Below, piece after piece: positions 52,182 to 60,647 of a DNA stretch of 60,647 nucleotides. Source of the DNA: a virus (taxonomy: Duplodnaviria > Caudoviricetes); the IMG/VR virus record IMGVR_UViG_3300005805_000094, positions 1-60,647 of that record; one strand, 5' to 3'. How positions within the stretch are numbered: position 1 is the first letter of the stretch; each line of letters begins with the position of its first letter. The position numbers and the translations under genes were made by a program. The notes under the pieces were generated by a model, which saw only the letters and a list, made by a program, of their open reading frames with translations, searched no databases and was not told where the DNA came from.

Positions 52182-54299
52182 ATGGCTGATAAAAATTTCA
52201 AGGTAAAAAACGGCTTAGATATTGGAGACAATGTCTCTACGTCTGTTACCAAAGTAGTAATTGATACTGCTTCAGAAACGACCCTTGACTCTGTACTGAC
52301 TGGCACTGTTAAGTCCGCCGACTATTCGCTGACCTTGTTTCAGGATGCTGGGGTAATTGGCAAAAAGTATTTTGCTACCGAAAATGGTTTAGGTGCTTCA
52401 ATCCAAGAGTACGGTTCGGTGTCTGTAAATAGAAGTGAATATTCTGGTGTGTGGATTTGGACTACCAGAACCTCAAACTTTGGTACCTCCAGAATATCGT
52501 CCATTGCCTACGGCAACAGTCTCTGGGTTGCTGGTGGAAGAGGTGGAAATCTCCGCACCTCTACAGATGCAATAACTTGGACAACCAGAACTTCAAACTT
52601 TGGTAATGCATATATCTATTCCGTTGCCTATGGCAACAACCTTTGGGTTGCTAGTGGTATGACTGGTCAAATCCGCTCTTCAACTGACGCAATAACTTGG
52701 GTAACACAAACTTCAAACTTTGGTAATTCACAAATCTTCTCCGTTGCCTACGGCAACAACCTCTGGGTTGCTGGTGGTTACTATGGTCATCTCCGCACCT
52801 CAACCGATGCTGTTACTTGGACTACACGCACCTCAACCTTTCCTAATAATTATATCGGAGGCATCTTCTCCATTGCCTATGGCAACAACCTGTGGGTTGC
52901 TGTTGGAAGAGGTAATCTCCGTTCCTCTACTGATGCAATAACTTGGACAACACGAACCTCAAACTTTGGTGGCTACACATACATCAACTCCGTTGCCTAC
53001 GGCAACAACGTTTGGGTCGCTGGTGGGGGATATCATTCTGCTGGTCAAATCCGCACTTCTACCGACGCAGTTACTTGGACAACCCGAACATCGAACTTTG
53101 GTAATACAGGCATCAACTCCGTCGCCTACGGCAACAGTCTCTGGGTTGCTGGTGGACAAATGGGTCAAATCCGCGCCTCAACTGATGCAATAACTTGGAC
53201 AACCCGACCATCAAACTTTGGTGATACACAAATCTTCTCCGTTGCCTACGGCAACAACGTTTGGGTTGCTGGTGGAAACTATGGAGAACTCCGCTCCGCC
53301 AGTGAAATAAATCCACCAGCGGCGATTCCAGCAACAGTGTCATTGAGTCTCCAACAGACATGGACTACTCAAACCTCAAACTTTGGTCCATACGATTCCA
53401 TCCATTTCGTTACCTACGGCAACAACCTCTGGGTTGCTGGTGGGGACTATGGTCAACTTCGTACTTCAACCAATGGAGTAACTTGGGTGACACAAACATC
53501 AACCTTTGGTAATACACGCATCCGCTCCGTTGCCTACGGCAATAACCTCTGGGTTGCTGGTGGTGGTCAGGGTTTGGCTGGTCAAATTCGTACCTCAACC
53601 GACGCAATAACTTGGGTAACACAAACTTCAAACTTTGGTTTTCAAAGCGTCCACTCCGTTGCTTACGGCAACAGTCTCTGGGTTGCTGTTGGACAAATGG
53701 GTCAAATCCGCACCTCAACCGATGCTGTTACTTGGGTAACACAAACTTCAAACTTTGGTGATACAGGCATCCGCCAAGTTGCCTTCGGCAATAATCTCTG
53801 GGTTGCGGGTGGGTACGGTGGTCAACTCCGCACTTCAACCGACGCAGTTACTTGGACAACCCGAACATCAAACCTTTCGGAAAACATTGGTGCCGTCGCT
53901 TACGACAACAACCTCTGGGTTGTTGGTGGTGGTGTGGGTCAACTCCGCACCTCAACAGATGCAATAACTTGGACTACGAGAACTTCAAACTTTGGTAATG
54001 CAGGCATCCTCTCTGCTGCTTACGGCAACAATCTCTGGGTTGCTGCTGGAGCCTATGGTCAACTCCGTACCTCAACCGACGCAATTACTTGGGTTACAAG
54101 AACATCAAACTTTGGTACTAGCGAAATCCTCTCTGTTACCCATGGCAACAACCTCTGGGTTGCTGTTGGAATCGGTGGTCAAATTCGCACAGAAAGCATA
54201 TCACAACGACAACTGGCACTTATGGTAACCGTTACCAACGGCAGTGTGGCTGGCTCAGAAGCGACTGCGATTCTAAAGAAAGAAACGGTTGTTGCATAG
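52182..54299 (+). CDS. Double beta-propeller repeat protein (2x7 blades), paralog of 47650..49818
   Basis: Near-identical N- and C-termini, 14 blades. Confidence 0.85.
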   Translation: MADKNFKVKNGLDIGDNVSTSVTKVVIDTASETTLDSVLTGTVKSADYSLTLFQDAGVIGKKYFATENGLGASIQEYGSVSVNRSEYSGVWIWTTRTSNFGTSRISSIAYGNSLWVAGGRGGNLRTSTDAITWTTRTSNFGNAYIYSVAYGNNLWVASGMTGQIRSSTDAITWVTQTSNFGNSQIFSVAYGNNLWVAGGYYGHLRTSTDAVTWTTRTSTFPNNYIGGIFSIAYGNNLWVAVGRGNLRSSTDAITWTTRTSNFGGYTYINSVAYGNNVWVAGGGYHSAGQIRTSTDAVTWTTRTSNFGNTGINSVAYGNSLWVAGGQMGQIRASTDAITWTTRPSNFGDTQIFSVAYGNNVWVAGGNYGELRSASEINPPAAIPATVSLSLQQTWTTQTSNFGPYDSIHFVTYGNNLWVAGGDYGQLRTSTNGVTWVTQTSTFGNTRIRSVAYGNNLWVAGGGQGLAGQIRTSTDAITWVTQTSNFGFQSVHSVAYGNSLWVAVGQMGQIRTSTDAVTWVTQTSNFGDTGIRQVAFGNNLWVAGGYGGQLRTSTDAVTWTTRTSNLSENIGAVAYDNNLWVVGGGVGQLRTSTDAITWTTRTSNFGNAGILSAAYGNNLWVAAGAYGQLRTSTDAITWVTRTSNFGTSEILSVTHGNNLWVAVGIGGQIRTESISQRQLALMVTVTNGSVAGSEATAILKKETVVA

Positions 54300-54343
54300 T
54301 TCTATTTAGTATTATTTAATGAGGAGTCAAAATTCCTCAAAAC

Positions 54344-55003
54344 ATGCATCAAACAACAACTACCTCTTCTGAGTCCATAAAGCATAATAAACTCGCAGTT
54401 TTCTATCACCTATATCAACACGGTGATTGGGGAAATCTTTTAGCCGAACAGTCTCAACTCCTAGTTAATTCTGGACTTGCCGAAGCATGTGAGTTCATTC
54501 ATGTTGGCGTAAGCGGAAATGATATCCCAGAGTCGTTCGGTAAGTTTAGGTTCATCAAGAACGAAGAACCCTGGACGGAAGAGACGCCGACCCTTACTGC
54601 TTTAAAAGATTTTTGCGCACACAACGACAACTATTCAGTCTTATACATGCACACAAAAGGCGTTACTCAGCCCATGCAATCAACATATGACTGGCGCAAA
54701 ATTATGGAATATTTTTGCATAGAAAAATGGCAAGATGCTGTTGAGAAACTACAAGAACATGACGCCGTTGGGTGTCTATATATGGACCACTGTTACTACG
54801 GATACTTCCCGCACTTCTCTGGAAATTTCTGGTGGTCTAATGCTTCTTATGTCAACCATCTAAACCACTCATACCTAACGGATGGCATTCGTCAAAACAG
54901 GGAGTTTTGGATAGGTACTGGTGGTGGCTCTTTATATAGTTTTCACACCACTGGCCTTAATCATTATGCGCATGAATACCCGCGCAGTTTGTATGCGAAC
55001 TAA
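54344..55003 (+). CDS. Glycosyltransferase-like protein
   Basis: VLYMHTKG, WR..MEYF, HFSGNFWW motif family. Confidence 0.6.
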   Translation: MHQTTTTSSESIKHNKLAVFYHLYQHGDWGNLLAEQSQLLVNSGLAEACEFIHVGVSGNDIPESFGKFRFIKNEEPWTEETPTLTALKDFCAHNDNYSVLYMHTKGVTQPMQSTYDWRKIMEYFCIEKWQDAVEKLQEHDAVGCLYMDHCYYGYFPHFSGNFWWSNASYVNHLNHSYLTDGIRQNREFWIGTGGGSLYSFHTTGLNHYAHEYPRSLYAN

Positions 55004-55683
55004 TCAAGCCATTCGTGGTCAATGCGACGCTGTAGGTCGTACTGAAGACAATTGACGTGAGGATTGTCGGCGACACTCTTGGCAAACCTGTACTCAGCAT
55101 TCCGCTTATTGGTGAACACGTTCTTTTCGTAGAACTTCCTATCGCTATGAACAGTCATTGAGGCTTGGACTTGATAGATAGCAGAGGTTGACCAGACAAT
55201 GTTTTTATCAAGACCCGCGTATTGAATGCGAAGCATGTAGTCGCTGTCTTCGCTGTAGGCAGGATAAAAGTTTTCATCAAACAAGCCAATCTGTTTTACT
55301 ATGTCGCTACCAAGCGAGAACCCGTTCCATGCCTGATTTGACATAACTAGTTTGTCGGGTGCGGACAATTCGGACATTTCTTTTAACCCACCCGGCATCC
55401 AGTGATTATCGTTTGAAGAAATCAACCAATACGGCGCATGTGGGAAACACTTAATTCCAAGATTCCACGAGCCAGCAACGCCCATATTCGCTGGCATGTT
55501 CAAGACCTGACACTTTGTGTTCTTTAGGTTTTCGTGAACTTTTAGGTTTGAGGGCATCTGATACGAGTTGCTGTTATCAATAATCAGTAAATTATCAATC
55601 GGATAATCCATGCACTGGATTGCTTGTTCCAGCATGTCGAATCTATTGAGAACTGGAATTATTACTACGGGAATTGACTCCAT
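55000..55683 (-). CDS. Glycosyltransferase family 2
   Basis: IPVLNR.D, IIDN, GVAGSWNLG, IGLFDENFYPAY.ED.DY. Confidence 0.85.
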   Translation of the reverse strand: MESIPVVIIPVLNRFDMLEQAIQCMDYPIDNLLIIDNSNSYQMPSNLKVHENLKNTKCQVLNMPANMGVAGSWNLGIKCFPHAPYWLISSNDNHWMPGGLKEMSELSAPDKLVMSNQAWNGFSLGSDIVKQIGLFDENFYPAYSEDSDYMLRIQYAGLDKNIVWSTSAIYQVQASMTVHSDRKFYEKNVFTNKRNAEYRFAKSVADNPHVNCLQYDLQRRIDHEWLD

Positions 55684-56405
55684 TACTTATATGACTTCTT
55701 CTTCCAGAACTGCATTTGATACGAACGGATTATCTTGCCCTTAAGCAAGAAACCCTGCTTCTTGTTTTCTTGTTCATCAAATTCGGTGGTCGAACTAGCC
55801 CAATCGTCACGGCGGAATGGAATGACTTGACAAATGGGCGTACCCTTTTCAAGTATTACCAAGTCTTTGTTGGTATCCAAAAGACGGAACGGGAACTCAA
55901 CACCCAACTTGTACGAGTCGGTATCTACGACGCCAGACAAAGTTGCAAATGGTAAATCAAAACGATTCAAGGGGTGAGTAAATAGGCAACTATATCCAGG
56001 AGGTGTAATCATGCGCCAACCAGGACTCCATTTAAGGATGTTTGGGCTTGCACCTTGTGGAATTGGCAAGCCTGGCGCTTGGTCAGGGCCGTGCTGCCCA
56101 ATCAAGTTTTGGTTTGTTGCCCAGCGCAACCCAACTTGACCCTTGTCGTTCTTGCGAATTTCTATATCGAAAGGAAGCGTGAACATATACCCAGATGTCA
56201 TTGCATCAAGGAACGGCATACATCCCTTGAGGGTTAGGTTGCTTACAGCAACGCCATCGGGAGACAACCCAGTGACTGTTTCTCCGGGAAGGTGTAATGA
56301 CATGCTTTTATACCACTCTGGCAAATGCTCCGCAGCCGGGCTTGGCTTTTCGTACAAAAGACCAGCGTCTTCAGAAAAGGGTTCAAAGATTACATGTTTA
56401 GTCAT
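55683..56405 (-). CDS. DUF6065-like protein
   Basis: PEWYK, K.CMPFLDAM..GY, TPPGYSCLF.HP.N, KGTP..QVIPF. Confidence 0.6.
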   Translation of the reverse strand: MTKHVIFEPFSEDAGLLYEKPSPAAEHLPEWYKSMSLHLPGETVTGLSPDGVAVSNLTLKGCMPFLDAMTSGYMFTLPFDIEIRKNDKGQVGLRWATNQNLIGQHGPDQAPGLPIPQGASPNILKWSPGWRMITPPGYSCLFTHPLNRFDLPFATLSGVVDTDSYKLGVEFPFRLLDTNKDLVILEKGTPICQVIPFRRDDWASSTTEFDEQENKKQGFLLKGKIIRSYQMQFWKKKSYK

Positions 56406-57052
56406 TGTCGTATTGCCACTTTCTTGTGGTGAGTGAGTTTTGTTAATGGGTCGATAAATATTTTGTACCCAACTTCTCGGGCAGAAACACACCAAGAATA
56501 ATCTTCCCCGAACGGGATAAACACTTCTTTGCCTGTCTGCTCGTCTTGAAATTTTACAAATTTTGTATCAAACCATGGTCGCGGCATAGATTCAAACACG
56601 CCTTGCTTAACGCAGACGAATCCAAATCCAACACCCGCTACCTCCTGCGTTTCCGTTAGGGAAATCATTGCCCGAACATCTTGCTTTTCGTCTAGAGGTG
56701 AAAACATAGGAACACCTTTGTCGCTCAAATAAATACCGGAAACGATGTCTAAGTCTGAGTTATATAAAGCAAGAAAGTCAGATGGATTCCATGACATATC
56801 CGAATCAATCCAGAAAATCTTTTTGTATGAAACCTGCCCAAGAAGTGGCGCGTTATTAAATGCGTCAAGAAAATCAGAATCCATCGCCGTTGCTTCTCGT
56901 GCTGCCGCAACGCGAGACGTGTACTTATTGGCGTAGTAAAAAGAAATTCCTCGCTCATTTAAAAGACCTATTGTCGCCACAAGGCTGCGAACATACTCAG
57001 CCTCCATTGAGTGGCCAGGTGTCGCAATGATTACATCAACTGACCTGTTCAC
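56402..57052 (-). CDS. Glycosyltransferase (GT-A), paralog of 50734..51405
   Basis: WIDSDM, GFGF, GED.SWC. Confidence 0.8.
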   Translation of the reverse strand: MNRSVDVIIATPGHSMEAEYVRSLVATIGLLNERGISFYYANKYTSRVAAAREATAMDSDFLDAFNNAPLLGQVSYKKIFWIDSDMSWNPSDFLALYNSDLDIVSGIYLSDKGVPMFSPLDEKQDVRAMISLTETQEVAGVGFGFVCVKQGVFESMPRPWFDTKFVKFQDEQTGKEVFIPFGEDYSWCVSAREVGYKIFIDPLTKLTHHKKVAIRQ

Positions 57053-57923
57053 GATTTCTCCAGAATTCCATGTTTGAATATTTGTTCAGGACATACGGAG
57101 TAAGGACTTCACCTATATTCACTGTGCTGCGTGAAAGCCGGCGGCGTACGTCATGCATGCCATACAAGCCGTAGGTTTCGTCTCGCTCGTGAAACTTGTT
57201 CTCGATGTTTTCATAATTGTGCTCAAACGGTTCAAGCCCCAAGAATTCATAAATTCCCTGTATGGTTTTTGATGTATTGGCTACGAGGTCGTCATACTCT
57301 ACAAAATGAAAATACTTAGCGTTTTCCGGCTGACATGCAAACATAACACCATAAAGCGCATTATCGATAGGACCTTTGGGTCGCATGAGGCTATCGCACC
57401 GCGTTTCGTCTGGCTGGCGATAAAAATGAAATTCTTGTCGTGCTTGAATTTCTTTATCAATGAAAGAAACATTGCTCGCATTGTTGTGCACAAGATTGAT
57501 GAACGATGCAAGAATTTCAATAATTGACCTAACTGTTATAATGATTTTTGGCTCGTAAGGGAGTACACGCTTCAACAACTCAAGGTGTTGAGGCATTGAC
57601 CATTCACGTGACTTATCAATCACTAGAGATTCATTGCGGTCGGCATAAAAGGATTCAAGAATCCCGTAAACCATCGGAGGCACCACATGCATTTTCGGAT
57701 AAGCATTAAACTGTTCTGTAGCAACAATGCTTTGCTCTAGATGCCACATCATTCCACACATTGGCGAATTGGCCCCAGAGTGAATTGCTGGATTTTGATT
57801 CAATATTGAAGCCAACAGCGTGCTGCCAGAACGCGGCAATCCTGACAGGAATGCATACTGTTTTTGGTTTACATTTTGTTTTAGGGCAAGATTTGGCTTG
57901 CTGCCAGATACGACTATTTCCAT
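57036..57923 (-). CDS. Sulfotransferase family protein
   Basis: PAPS-binding GLPRSGSTLL..ILNQNP, IDKSR.W, VEYDDL. Confidence 0.82.
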   Translation of the reverse strand: MEIVVSGSKPNLALKQNVNQKQYAFLSGLPRSGSTLLASILNQNPAIHSGANSPMCGMMWHLEQSIVATEQFNAYPKMHVVPPMVYGILESFYADRNESLVIDKSREWSMPQHLELLKRVLPYEPKIIITVRSIIEILASFINLVHNNASNVSFIDKEIQARQEFHFYRQPDETRCDSLMRPKGPIDNALYGVMFACQPENAKYFHFVEYDDLVANTSKTIQGIYEFLGLEPFEHNYENIENKFHERDETYGLYGMHDVRRRLSRSTVNIGEVLTPYVLNKYSNMEFWRNREQVS

Positions 57924-57948
57924 GCCGACAGTCTAGTATGTCTAGACA

Positions 57949-59031
57949 ATGCGCCCACTGACTATTGGTTTCATTTCTCAGGATTGGTCAAAATTTGAAG
58001 AATCCCGCGTCCCTAATGGGTGTACTTGGTATCGCTGTGTTTTGCCGTCGAATGCCCTGAATGCGTTGGGTCATCAAACCCACGTTGGAACCGGAGCGAC
58101 GACGGAAGGAAAAAAATTTGGACTGCTGGATGACCTCAACAGAATAGTAAATGGGCATCAAATACTTGTTTTTAAACTGCCAATGCACATATCTAATCTA
58201 GAGGGTGCGCAAATAGCAATTGCTTCTGGGCAAAAAATTGTTGTTGATATTGACGATTGGTTTGATAATTTGCCCGAAACAAATAGGGCCAAACAAATAA
58301 CAGACCCAGAAACAAACCCAACAAATAATCGAAATATTTATTTTTCAGTTATCGAACTTGCTCATGCGCTCATCTGTTCAACCCCATTTCTCCGCGACTA
58401 CTATGCAGCAAAATATCCCAACAAGCCAGTATTTATGGTTAGAAATTCAATAGATATAAAACGCTGGCCAAATAGAAAAACACGCAAATCCCGACCCACA
58501 ATTGGTTGGGTCGGCGCGACGCCTTGGCGAGCAAATGACCTTGAGCAGTTATCTGGGTTCTTTGACCAATATCTTACAAGTCGTAAAAATAAGTTTCATC
58601 ACTCAGGACACATAGAAAAAGCACCTGTCGCGGCTCAATTGCTAGGAATCACATCAACAACCACGGGTGAGCCAATGAGGCCAATTACTCAATTGCCTTC
58701 TCTTTTTAAACAAATAGATATTGGAATTGTGCCGTTAAACAATATTGAATTCAATTATGCCAAGTCGTACCTAAAAGGACTTGAATACGCCGCGGCAGGT
58801 ATTCCGTTTGTTTCATCATATTCTCCCGAATATCAATTTCTAGCCGATGCTGGTATCGGCAGGGTCGCCAATTCTGTTGAAGAATGGATTTATCATCTTG
58901 ACGAACTCCAGGGCTTTATTATGAGGGATGATGAGGCTAAGATAAATAAAGAAATTATTCATGAACAATTTTCAATTGCCAAAAAAGTTAATGAATGGGT
59001 AGATGTATATACAAAGATTATGGATTTATAA
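57949..59031 (+). CDS. Glycosyltransferase (GT-B)
   Basis: WYRC.LP, VDIDD, IGWVG, DIGIVPL..FN.AKS.LK.LEYAAAGIP. Confidence 0.85.
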   Translation: MRPLTIGFISQDWSKFEESRVPNGCTWYRCVLPSNALNALGHQTHVGTGATTEGKKFGLLDDLNRIVNGHQILVFKLPMHISNLEGAQIAIASGQKIVVDIDDWFDNLPETNRAKQITDPETNPTNNRNIYFSVIELAHALICSTPFLRDYYAAKYPNKPVFMVRNSIDIKRWPNRKTRKSRPTIGWVGATPWRANDLEQLSGFFDQYLTSRKNKFHHSGHIEKAPVAAQLLGITSTTTGEPMRPITQLPSLFKQIDIGIVPLNNIEFNYAKSYLKGLEYAAAGIPFVSSYSPEYQFLADAGIGRVANSVEEWIYHLDELQGFIMRDDEAKINKEIIHEQFSIAKKVNEWVDVYTKIMDL

Positions 59032-60126
59032 ATGCCAAATTTTGAACTAGGTGTCGGCTTTGCTTCAACTGACTGGTCGCGCGTGGATGATGGTATAGCG
59101 CCGAATGGTTGTACGTGGTATAGGTGCATGCTTCCCGCGCGTCAATTAATAAAAGCAAAAATTACATCCGACGTTGGATTTTTGAATGTGCGCCCTAATG
59201 GCATGTTTGCGATTCAGCGTCCTGGAGATAATCGCAGTCGTCCTTACAGAGTGATTGTATTAAAAGTAATTATGAATAAATTTGCTTTGGACGGCATGAA
59301 AACCGCTCAGTCAAAAGGACAGAAAATAGTCGTGGATGTTGACGACCTATTTGATGAAATTCACGAAACAAACTTGGCCCATCAGTCGACAGACAAAAAC
59401 AAAGACCGCGACAACAACAGGGAAATATATAAAGAAATTCTTGCGCGAGCAGACGCAATAATTTGCTCTACCCCGTTTATTTACGATTATTATAAAATCA
59501 AATTTCCCGACAAGCCAATGTTTATGCTCAGGAATTCAATTGACGCCGATAGATGGACTCGACTAAACGCAGTTAACCGAAAACCAATTATTGGATGGCT
59601 CGGCGCCACACCATGGCGCTCTCTTGATTTAGAGCAGTTAAAAGATTTTTTTGCGGAATATATCGAATCGCGTGATTTAACTTTTCATCATGCTGGGCAT
59701 CTCACTTGGGCGCCCCCTGCTTTTGTGAAACTTGGAATTACCAACAAACAAAGGGTCACCGCTTCGGGGATGGTGCCGCTTTATGAGTTACCCAACATTT
59801 ATGCCAACTTTGACATTGGCATAGTTCCGCTCAATGACATTCCATTTAATCGGGCTAAGTCGTACATTAAAGGTCTTGAGTATGCGGCAGCAGGAATCCC
59901 ATTTGTGGCGTCGTCACTTCCGGAGTATAAATATTTATCGGAACACGGTATAGGACGGGTTGCAAAAACTTCTAAAGAATGGATTGCGTCTTTTGATGAA
60001 CTCTTAGACGAAGACATGCGGCAAGACGAATCAATTCTTAATCGCGAAATTCTTGACGAACATTTCACAATTAAAGCAAATGCACAGAACTGGATTAGTA
60101 CATTTAAGGAAATAGTAAAACTATAA
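59032..60126 (+). CDS. Glycosyltransferase (GT-B), tandem paralog
   Basis: Same motifs as 57949..59031. Confidence 0.85.
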   Translation: MPNFELGVGFASTDWSRVDDGIAPNGCTWYRCMLPARQLIKAKITSDVGFLNVRPNGMFAIQRPGDNRSRPYRVIVLKVIMNKFALDGMKTAQSKGQKIVVDVDDLFDEIHETNLAHQSTDKNKDRDNNREIYKEILARADAIICSTPFIYDYYKIKFPDKPMFMLRNSIDADRWTRLNAVNRKPIIGWLGATPWRSLDLEQLKDFFAEYIESRDLTFHHAGHLTWAPPAFVKLGITNKQRVTASGMVPLYELPNIYANFDIGIVPLNDIPFNRAKSYIKGLEYAAAGIPFVASSLPEYKYLSEHGIGRVAKTSKEWIASFDELLDEDMRQDESILNREILDEHFTIKANAQNWISTFKEIVKL

Positions 60127-60176
60127 TAAACGTAGTATAGAAACTATCTAGCAATATCGTTTTAGTCTTGCCAAAT

Positions 60177-60647
60177 ATGGCAAAACGTAAATCGCTTAGT
60201 GCATTAATTTGGCTGACCTGTTTTTTTTCAGTTCTTTTTAGCGCCGGGTTTTTCTCTGCCCCGGTTAGAGCAGTAAATGACTGCGACACTGCCTACTCTG
60301 CTTCTGATTTCACCTTGGGTGGCGTTGCTTCTGACTCGTCTGGAACCGTAACAATGACGCCCAATGCTGGTGGTCAATTTGGTGCCATTTGGAATAAATC
60401 TCGAGTAGACCTTTCTAGCGATTTTTGTGTTATTGCAGATATTTATTTGGGCAATAACGACAGTGGTGCCGATGGTCTTGCCTTCGTAATGCAACCAAAC
60501 TCGGTTGCTGCTGGTAGTAGTGGTGGTGGTCTTGGCTATGCAGGCATAACTCCATCATTTGCTGTTGAGTACGACACATATTGGAACAGCGAAGGGTCGG
60601 ATTTATACAACGACCATGTTGCGCTAATGAAAAACGGCAACACGACT
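60177..60647 (+). CDS. Secreted L-type (legume) lectin domain protein, partial; not in ORF track
   Basis: Signal peptide then GAIW....DL..DF, GADGLAFV, GGGLGY, FAVEYDTY. Confidence 0.82.
   Translation, partial: MAKRKSLSALIWLTCFFSVLFSAGFFSAPVRAVNDCDTAYSASDFTLGGVASDSSGTVTMTPNAGGQFGAIWNKSRVDLSSDFCVIADIYLGNNDSGADGLAFVMQPNSVAAGSSGGGLGYAGITPSFAVEYDTYWNSEGSDLYNDHVALMKNGNTT

Noticed and set aside
38828-54228. Many antisense and alternate-frame ORFs inside fibre genes
   Set aside because: Shadows of repetitive, codon-biased genes with no independent signals
45295-54299. Diversity-generating retroelement
   Set aside because: No reverse transcriptase or non-coding template repeat in the window; variation includes indels and is not adenine-restricted
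1-60647. Prophage with flanking host DNA
   Set aside because: No integrase, att site or housekeeping operon; host-like genes are embedded in phage operons

Overview
A 60.6-kb segment of a tailed dsDNA phage with an HK97-type head. The host is almost certainly actinobacterial: it encodes WhiB, uses leaderless genes, and carries actinobacterial-type LexA, IdeR and XerD-arm motifs. The ferredoxin hints at freshwater Acidimicrobiia. Layout: (1) 1-6.4 kb is an atypical early/terminal-like region of tiny ORFs with strong sigma70-type promoters, repeated hairpins and two candidate ncRNAs. Its intergenic spacers are packed with sites resembling those of HOST proteins: 9 LexA boxes, 5 DnaA boxes, 3 symmetric XerD-arm (dif-like) palindromes plus a half-site, 3 IdeR/DtxR-like boxes, and a 4-copy unknown ~60-bp motif. 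This is the best candidate for an undescribed system. (2) 6.6-23.5 kb holds WhiB, terminase, HNH, lytic transglycosylase, ferredoxin, a glyco cassette, subtilisin, class II RNR, a nuclease and SSB. (3) 23.8-36 kb holds portal, a multidomain prohead protease, capsid and neck genes. (4) 36-60.6 kb holds fibres, including a 2518-aa protein and six 7-bladed beta-propellers with a constant framework and hypervariable loops, interleaved with glycosyl-, methyl- and sulfotransferases. No integrase, tRNA, CRISPR array or reverse transcriptase was seen. All calls come from reading motifs by eye; no database searches were run.
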